Assembly (NCBI GenBank): GCA_951406725.2
Contig: OX597814.1
Coordinates: 204,600,001-204,664,000 of the forward strand
DNA: 64,000 bases
Reading direction: 5' to 3'
Source of the DNA: Octopus vulgaris
Taxonomy: Eukaryota
In this document: positions 1 through 64,000 of the stretch, piece after piece
Numbering within the stretch: the stretch's first letter is position 1
Layout: the number at the start of each line of letters is the position of its first letter
The notes under the pieces: model-generated
Seen by the model: the letters and a program-made list of their open reading frames with translations, nothing else
Told to the model about the DNA's origin: nothing
Database searches by the model: none
Translations under genes and position numbers: made by a program

Positions 1-289
1 GCTTGTGTGTGTATGTAAGTATGTATGTGTACATGTGTGTGTGTGTGCATGTGTATTTTATTCTTTGTCTTTTACAGGTTTCAACCATTAGACTGTGGCC
101 ATGCTGTAGCAGTGCTCTGAAGAATTTTTTGTTGATCAAACTGACCCCAGTACTTATTTTCTCTCTTCTCTTTTAAGCTTGGGAATTCTTCTCTCAGCCT
201 CTTTGGCTAAACCACTAATTTAGAGGAACATAAACACACCAGCACCTGTTGTCAAAGAGGTGGGGTGAGGCACAAATGCAGACTAAAAG

Positions 290-322
<33 letters not shown>

Positions 323-428
323 GATATAGATATTTATATGCAGTTAAGTATATGTCTGGTTTTAACTGCTCTATTCTTTAGAGTGTGCTTCTTTCTCGGA
401 TATATGATACAATGATGATATATAAGTA

Positions 429-473
<45 letters not shown>

Positions 474-504
474 AAATATCAATGGAAACAGTAGTTGCCC
501 ATGA

Positions 505-949
505 TACCTGTGCCAGGTGACACATAAAAAGCACCATCCGAACGTGGCCGTTGCCAGTGCCGCCTTGACTGGCTTCTGTGCCGGTGGCACATAAAAAGCA
601 CCATCCGAACGTGACTGATGCCAACCCCGCCTCGATTGGCTTCTGTGCCGGTGGCACATAAAAAGCACCATCCGAATGTGGCCGATGCCAGCACCGCCTC
701 GACTGGCTTCTGTGCTGGTGGCACATTAAAAAGCACCAACCAATCGTGGCCGATGCCAGACCCCTCTGGCACCTATGCAGGTGGGACATAAAAAGCACCC
801 ACTACACTCGCGGAGTGGTTGGCGTTAGGAAGGGCATCCAGCTGTAGAAACACTGCCAGATCAGACTGGAGCCTGGTGCAGCCAGTCTGGTTTCCCAGAC
901 CCCGGTCGAACTGTCCAACCCGTGCTAGCGCGGAAAACGGATGTTAAAC

Positions 950-990
<41 letters not shown>
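505..990 (+). mobile_element. SINE-like family B with internal ~60-bp tandem repeats and (GAT)n tail
   Basis: Units like gtgccggtggcacataaaaagcaccatccgaacgtggcc... recur about every 60 bp, then ...ggttggcgttaggaagggcatccagctgtagaaa...gttaaacgatgatgat. Related copies at ~6200-6562, 8266-8433, 13810-14010(-), 19209-19580(-), 20805-21140(-), 29343-29790(-), 37555-37835, 53300-53702(-), 57036-57218, 59143-59412(-), 60811-61058. Confidence 0.85.
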
Positions 991-991
<1 letters not shown>

Positions 992-1076
992 ATATATATT
1001 GATAAAAATGGTAAGACAACAAAAGAAAGAAAGAGACCTCGATGTTATGTAAATAGAAGAATTTATCTGTAAATGC

Positions 1077-1282
1077 AATACGTGACAATTATTCGGTAGC
1101 CATGATAAAACTCCGAGATTTGGATGGTGAGGTGGAAATCCACGCTGCCATCTCTTCACTTATCCGGCCATTGGAAAATCCGATGGCCGGATAACTGAAG
1201 AGATGGCAGCGTGGATTTCCACCTGGAGTCCTGTCACATAACTCTGAGTTTTATCATAGCTACCGAATAATTGTCACATATT
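1077..1282. mobile_element. Fold-back element with degenerate hammerhead motif (Penelope-like inverted fragment)
   Basis: Inner arms 1130-1175/1179-1224 and outer arms 1077-1117/1242-1282 are near-perfect reverse complements; CTGAAGA core at 1195-1201. Confidence 0.6.
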
Positions 1283-1315
1283 ACTTTTCAGATATATATA
1301 TATATACATATATAT

Positions 1316-1376
<61 letters not shown>

Positions 1377-1576
1377 TGTTAAATAAAATGAGACAACAAA
1401 GACAAGGGTGTGTGGAATTTTCAGGACATTTATGAAGAGACAATGTGAGATGGTTAAATAGAGGGAAATATTAGTTATTTTTAAAAAGGAAGAAAGGAAG
1501 GAAATAAAGAGTATAGAATGAAATAGGAGAATGAATATAGTAATATAAAGAAGAAAAAAATATATAAATATTATAT

Positions 1577-1742
1577 AGGCGCAGGAGTGGCTGTGTGGTA
1601 AGTAGCTTGCTAACCAACCACATGGTTCCGGGTTCAGTCCCACTGCATGGCATCTTGGGCAAGTGTTTTCTGCTATAGCCCCGGGCTGACCAATGCCTTG
1701 TGAGTGGATTTGGTAGACGGAAACTGAAAGAAGCCTGTCGTA

Positions 1743-1781
<39 letters not shown>

Positions 1782-1980
1782 ATGTGTTTGTGTGCCTGTG
1801 TTTGTCCCCCTAGCATTGCTTGACAACCGATGCTGGTGTGTTTACGTCCCCGTCACTTAGCAGTTTGGCAAAAGAGACCGATAGAATAAGTACTGGGCTC
1901 ACAAAGAATAAGTCCCGGGGTCAATAAGTCCCAGCATGGCCGCAGTCAAATGACTGAAACGAGTAAAAGAGTAAAAGAGT
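1577..1980 (+). mobile_element. tRNA-derived SINE family A (internal TA/TG microsatellite, gtaaaaga tail)
   Basis: A-box-like tggctgtgtggtaag, B-box-like ggttcagtccc, tail ccagcatggccgcagtcaaatgactgaaac..gtaaaagagt. Copies at ~77-300(-), 6681-7090(-), 8610-9024(-), 12160-12370(-), 16550-16710(-), 16880-17260(-), 33411-33750(-), 36015-36327, 39120-40290, 41966-42375, 54279-54684. Confidence 0.88.
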
Positions 1981-1999
1981 ATACATATTTACATATAAA

Positions 2000-2706
2000 C
2001 GAGAGGGAAGTCAAAAATTATCTGCACTTTGTCATAACATATCTTTCTTATTGTCACACTGCTTTCTGTACATGTGTGCTTGTAGTTGGTACTCTTGTGG
2101 TCATGTGATGAAAGTTTGAGTCTGATTGCACTGTTTTTCTTTCTAGTTTTACAGTTTAAGCATGGTTGCTCCACTAGCAATGTGCACCAAAGAACAAAGA
2201 GCAATGATCTGGTTTCTCTGGTTGGAAGGTATGTCAGGTGCTGAAATCATCAGAGGCCTTTAGCACAATATAGGAACAGTGCACTACTATGTAGAAGGGT
2301 GTATGAGTGGACCGAGAAGTTTAAAAGTGGCAAGTGTGATGCACGAAGAGGGAGCAAGACACCTGTCAACCACCACCACTGACAAGAAGATTCAGCAAGC
2401 TCGAGAGGCTGTGATGGTGGACCTGCAAGCTATGATCGATGAGGTAGCTCATTCTCTGTAGATTAGTCATGGTCTGCCTATCAAATCATCCACGATGAGC
2501 TCAGCTTCCATAAAGTCTGTGCAAGATGGGTGCCAAGAGATCTTGCTGCAGAGCACAAGCACAAATGTCTTGAAGTCTGCCAACATTCACTTGATTGCTA
2601 CAACAATGTGGGTAAAGGATTTTTGAGCAGAATAGTCACAGGAGATGAAACATGGGTCCATCATGATTGAGGCAGAATTCCAAAGACAGAGTATGGAGTG
2701 GAAACA
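2000..2706 (+). mobile_element. Mariner-family transposon relic, N-terminal half of transposase (frameshifted)
   Basis: Translates as ..CTKEQRAMIWFLWLEGMSGAEI.. and KVCARWVPRDLAAEHKHKCLEVCQHSLDCYNNVGKGFLSRIVTGDETWVHH: the WVP motif and first catalytic Asp (TGDETW) of mariner transposases. Confidence 0.88.
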
Positions 2707-2844
2707 ATAAAGAAGACAAATAGGAAACATGTCTACTTATTTCATCTCTGAGATTCTTAATATCAAATGTGAGGGATTGAAGTTTTTATGGATATGGTTT
2801 CCTCATTCTTCGTTTTATAAGATTATTTTTCTTTTATTGCACAG

Positions 2845-62172
<59,328 letters not shown>

Positions 62173-62233
62173 CAACCCACCAATATTAATGTCTGAAAGA
62201 CACTTCAACTACAATCTAGGAGGATCTATTGTA

Positions 62234-62239
62234 AATAAA
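62234..62239 (+). terminator. Candidate polyadenylation signal AATAAA
   Basis: First AATAAA after the stop codon (~60 nt downstream), followed by T-rich sequence; the hexamer is common in AT-rich DNA. Confidence 0.4.
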
Positions 62240-62310
62240 TGGCAGAGACCTTTACAAAAATAGCATTTGACAATTTATTCAATTTTTTGCAGTTTTAATT
62301 CCCCCCTTTT

Positions 62311-62470
62311 CAGTGGTTCTCAACCTTATTAATATGTAGGTCAGGTCCAAAATCAGGATTTATTTTTTTAGGGAGCCACACCAAAAAAAAGCAGAACACA
62401 AATCAACTAAAGAAAAATTTATTATATTTACAAAGGGAAGACTGTTAAAGGCCGCAGTGGAGAATCATTG
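62311..62470. mobile_element. Possible old hAT MITE in or after the 3' UTR
   Basis: Ends CAGTGGTTCTCAAC and GTGGAGAATCATTG are imperfect inverted repeats; no clear TSD. Confidence 0.45.
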
Positions 62471-64000
62471 GCTTAAACGCTATTCTTTCAGTTGTTGGAC
62501 AGCAACCATACTGGAGCACATTCTTTGAAGGATTTTTACTCAAACTAACCCCAGCACTTTTTAAGTCTCATCCTTATTTAACTGGTCTCTTTCTGCTACA
62601 TCACTAAGCTACAGGGATGGAAACAAACCAACACCACTTATCAAGAGGAGGGAGAGACAAACACAAATACTTAAAAACTCTTTCAAGTAAGCATGGCAGA
62701 AAGAATGCAAAGGAAAAGGATGTAGTGGCTTTGATGCATCAACCCACTAATCTCGCCTTGCCTTCATCTTCTCTATCACCTTCACACCTCTATGGTTCCC
62801 TCCAAGCCCCTTTTCTCCCTCCCACAAAACCCCCAACATCCTATTTTCCTCAGCTTCAGATCCATGTTACCCTCATTTCTTTCTCAATCCCCCTCTTTTA
62901 CCCCTTAACACAGGACAATGCAAGATTACTCCAATACACTCCACCCTATCACTCTTCTACCCTCCCCCTCTCTCATTTCTTCCTTCAGTCGTGGTACTTC
63001 TTTAGGTCTTGCCAGTTGTAAGGCAACCTCACTAACGCTGGTGTCATAAAAAAAGAGCACTTGGTAAACCCTGTAAAGTGAAAAGCATGGCATCCACTTG
63101 TAGAAACCATACTAAAACTGAGACACTGGAGCATCAGACCCTTTCAAACCTTCCAACCCATGACAGCATAGAAGATGAAAGCAAAATGATAATATATGCT
63201 TAGCTGTATTTCATGTCTTTATGTTCTGAGTTCAAATTCTGCTAAGGTCAAGTTTGCTTTTCATCCTTTCGGGGTCGACAAATTAAGTACCAGTTGCATA
63301 CTGGGGTTGATCTAATTGACCTGCCACCTCCCCCCAAATTTTGGGCCTTGTGCCTAGAGTAGAAAAGAATATTTTGGTAACTTCAAGGCAGTGAGCTGGC
63401 AGAACCGATAGCACGTCGGGCAAAATCCTTAGCGATATTTTGTCTGTCCACTAAGGTCAACTTTGCCTTCCATCCTTTCAAGGGTGGATAAATTAAGTAC
63501 CAGTTATATACTGAGGTCAATCTAATTCACTGCCCTCATCCTCCAAAATTTCAGCCCTTGTGCCTAGAGTAGAAAAGAATATATATCGCATCATCACTTG
63601 AGGCCCACTTTCCAGGCTGATGTGGGTCGAATGGTTATAAAGTTACTGATGCAAAAACAGAAAAATTTACAAATCATTATCTCAGACATCATACAGTCAA
63701 GAAGTTTGCTTTTCAAGCACATCACTTCAGGTTCAGGTCTACTGCACTGCATTTCAATCAAGTGCCTTCTACTGTAGCCCAAGGCCATCAAAAGGCTTGT
63801 GAATGAATTTGGCAGACAGAAACTGAAGGAGCCCATTGAATGTGTCTCTCCTTGTGACACTGCATTCTAGTAGTGTCACTGTCATTCATTTCCAGTATTT
63901 AGTGAAAGCACATCTGATTATGGGGTTGGCAACAGGAAGGGCATCCAGCTGTTGAAATTCTGCCTTAACCCTTTTAGTGTTCAGATTACTCTGTTAAATG

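Noticed and set aside
61-150. Upstream exon after ttctttgtctttttacag
   Set aside because: The sequence after the AG is an antisense SINE family A tail with no EGF/FAS1 coding pattern.
505-800. 60-bp spaced repeats resembling repeat-spacer units
   Set aside because: The intervening parts are homologous to each other, and the block recurs inside a dispersed SINE-like family.

Overview
AT-rich, microsatellite- and SINE-dense animal genomic DNA; the repeat content suggests a coleoid cephalopod such as Octopus (inference). I reconstructed by hand the 3' part of one + strand spliced gene: 25 GT-AG exons from 2845 to 62172, with all intron phases compatible, 3009 nt in total (1002 aa plus stop). 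It encodes a stabilin-like scavenger receptor: EGF cluster, FAS1, FAS1, Cys-rich segment, EGF cluster, FAS1, 24-nt microexon, transmembrane helix and an endocytic tail. The 5' exons lie outside the window. There is no Link (hyaluronan-binding) module, and a phase-1 intron sits where vertebrate stabilins carry it. The introns hold several tRNA-derived SINE families and a 52-copy 93-bp satellite made from a SINE 3' tail. They also contain Helitron, mariner/Tc1, piggyBac-like, hAT and Ginger-like relics, plus R4/Dong and RTE LINE fragments. Two signals stand out. First, several inverted-repeat elements carry degenerate Penelope-type minimal hammerhead ribozyme motifs, one fused behind a tRNA-like SINE head. 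Second, a ~12 kb degenerate repeat rich in TACTAAC/ACTAAY motifs fills the intron between the microexon and the transmembrane exon. Most ORFs in the supplied track are microsatellite or SINE artefacts.
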